DNA of 64,000 nt, from the NCBI GenBank assembly GCA_022508375.1, contig JAFLVJ010000002.1, forward strand, positions 104,323-168,322. The letters run 5' to 3'. The stretch comes from Clostridiales bacterium (GTDB lineage: Bacteria > Bacillota > Clostridia > Christensenellales > CAG-314). The notes beneath the pieces were generated by a model that worked only from the letters and a program-made list of their open reading frames with translations, made no database searches and was not told where the DNA came from. Numbering within the stretch: position 1 is the first letter of the stretch; each line of letters begins with the position of its first letter. A program made the position numbers and the translations under genes. Shown one piece after another: positions 62,948 to 64,000 of this stretch.

Positions 62948-63745
62948 ATGGACTTTGTAACATTCAGCAAAGAAATACGTAAAAACACCTTGCGTTGCTT
63001 ACATTCGCAAGGCTCGGGGCACGTCGGCGGAAGTCTGTCGATAGTGGACGTGTTGGCTGTTCTGTACGGAAAGCATATGGACGTTGATCCTGCCAACCCC
63101 AAAAAGGACGATCGCGACCAACTTGTGCTTAGCAAGGGACACGCCGGACCTGCGCTTTACGCAACGCTTGCTCTCAAGGGCTTTTTCCCGGTGGAGTGGT
63201 TGGATACACTCAACAAATTGGGAACACGGCTTCCCAGTCACGCCAATCTCAACCTGACTCCCGGTGTAGATATGACCGCGGGAAGTCTTGGACAAGGATT
63301 ATCTTGCGCGTGCGGTTTGGCGCTCGCCAACAAGGCTAAGGGTATCAACAAATACGTTTACGTCATCAACGGTGACGGGGAACTTCAGGAAGGGCAAAAC
63401 TGGGAAGGCGCTATGTTTGCCGCAAATAAACACCTGGATATCATAGTATTGGTGGATAACAACAAACTGCAAATTGACGGCGCGACGAAAGACGTAATGA
63501 ACGTAGAAGATATTGAAGCCAAGTTTAAGGCGTTTGGCTTTGAAACGCAACGCGTGGACGGACACGACCACAATGCACTGGACAAAGCTATAACTCAGGC
63601 GAAGAAACAAAAAGGCGCACAATGTATCGTTATGGATACAGTCAAGGGTAAGGGCGTAAGCTTTTATGAAGCGATGGGCGCAGGCGTACACAGCACAAAC
63701 GTCACCGATGAACAGTACGCTAAAGCTCTTGAAGAACTAGTTTGA
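62948..63745 (+). CDS. Transketolase, N-terminal (TPP-binding) subunit
   Basis: 'GSGHVGGSLSIVDVLAVLYG', 'LSKGHAGPALYA' and 'GDGELQEGQNWEG'. AAGAGGTG RBS before ATG 62948; the upstream part of the long ORF is ignored. Confidence 0.9.
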   Translation: MDFVTFSKEIRKNTLRCLHSQGSGHVGGSLSIVDVLAVLYGKHMDVDPANPKKDDRDQLVLSKGHAGPALYATLALKGFFPVEWLDTLNKLGTRLPSHANLNLTPGVDMTAGSLGQGLSCACGLALANKAKGINKYVYVINGDGELQEGQNWEGAMFAANKHLDIIVLVDNNKLQIDGATKDVMNVEDIEAKFKAFGFETQRVDGHDHNALDKAITQAKKQKGAQCIVMDTVKGKGVSFYEAMGAGVHSTNVTDEQYAKALEELV

Positions 63746-63820
63746 AAGCACATTTTCGCCACACCTACCGCGCGACTGTGTTTTCAAAAGTTATTTATAA
63801 CAAGGAGATTATCGTAAAAA

Positions 63821-64000
63821 ATGGAATTACGCAAAGAATACGTTGGCGAGCTATCACGCTTGATGAAGCAAAATGACAAAATATTTATTCTTGACGCCGA
63901 CCTTGCAGGCGCAGGCGGCACAACTCCCTTGTACAAGGAATTTCCCAACAGATGTGTAGATGCAGGCATTGCCGAAGCGAACATGACGTGTATTGCCGCA
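63821..64000 (+). CDS. Transketolase, C-terminal (pyrimidine-binding) subunit, 5' part (runs off the window)
   Basis: My own translation from ATG 63821: 'MELRKEYVGELSRLMKQNDKIFILDADLAGAGGTTPLYKEFPNRCVDAGIAEANMTCIAA'. This is a typical start for a split-transketolase C-subunit. AAGGAG at 63802-63807. Confidence 0.85.
   Translation, partial: MELRKEYVGELSRLMKQNDKIFILDADLAGAGGTTPLYKEFPNRCVDAGIAEANMTCIAA

Overview
This looks like an origin-proximal chromosomal segment from a Firmicutes-type, Clostridia-like bacterium. It uses the standard code (TAA, TAG and TGA all act as stops) and encodes many lipobox lipoproteins.

Gene content:
- Left third: housekeeping genes typical of the oriC neighbourhood (3' end of yidC, jag/khpB, ftsH, yyaC, parB-parA, mnmE-mnmG-rsmG), followed by addB-addA, an esterase, uvrC, dut, a GH2 glycosidase and tadA.
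- Middle: tRNA-Pro(GGG), a surface 5'-nucleotidase, a lipoprotein rich in GGNTG repeats, a surE plus two tandem DHH/NrnA operon, and a 1886-aa surface lipoprotein.
- Right third: a beta-glucan utilisation cluster (GH16 lipoprotein, 1061-aa Big_2/CBM-like lipoprotein, two GH3 enzymes, a GPH symporter) and a GT2-glf-SGNH galactofuranose cassette. These are followed by tRNA-Arg(CCT) with a small AT-rich islet carrying an orphan Pol-beta nucleotidyltransferase, an AraC regulator, a 40-aa ORF, an SbcD/YhaO plus membrane-hairpin YhaN-like ATPase pair, and a split transketolase.
- I saw no rRNA, CRISPR array, transposase or integrase.

Most notable signals outside ordinary gene calls:
1. Four parS sites sit in a roughly 1.7-kb ORF-free AT-rich tract beside parAB, and two tandem parS half-sites lie upstream of parA.
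2. Five sigma-A-type promoters are placed so that the ATG falls at the predicted +1, implying leaderless mRNAs. Three of the five genes are DNA-repair genes.
3. A 22-bp duplication of the 5' end of tRNA-Pro brackets a 137-nt GC-rich hairpin-forming insert.
4. There is a circularly permuted, doubly membrane-anchored GH3.
5. The giant protein carries repeated modules of unknown family.

I cannot prove a complete novel system from sequence alone. All functional calls rest on motifs read from the supplied translations, with no database search or computation run. GC statements are by eye.
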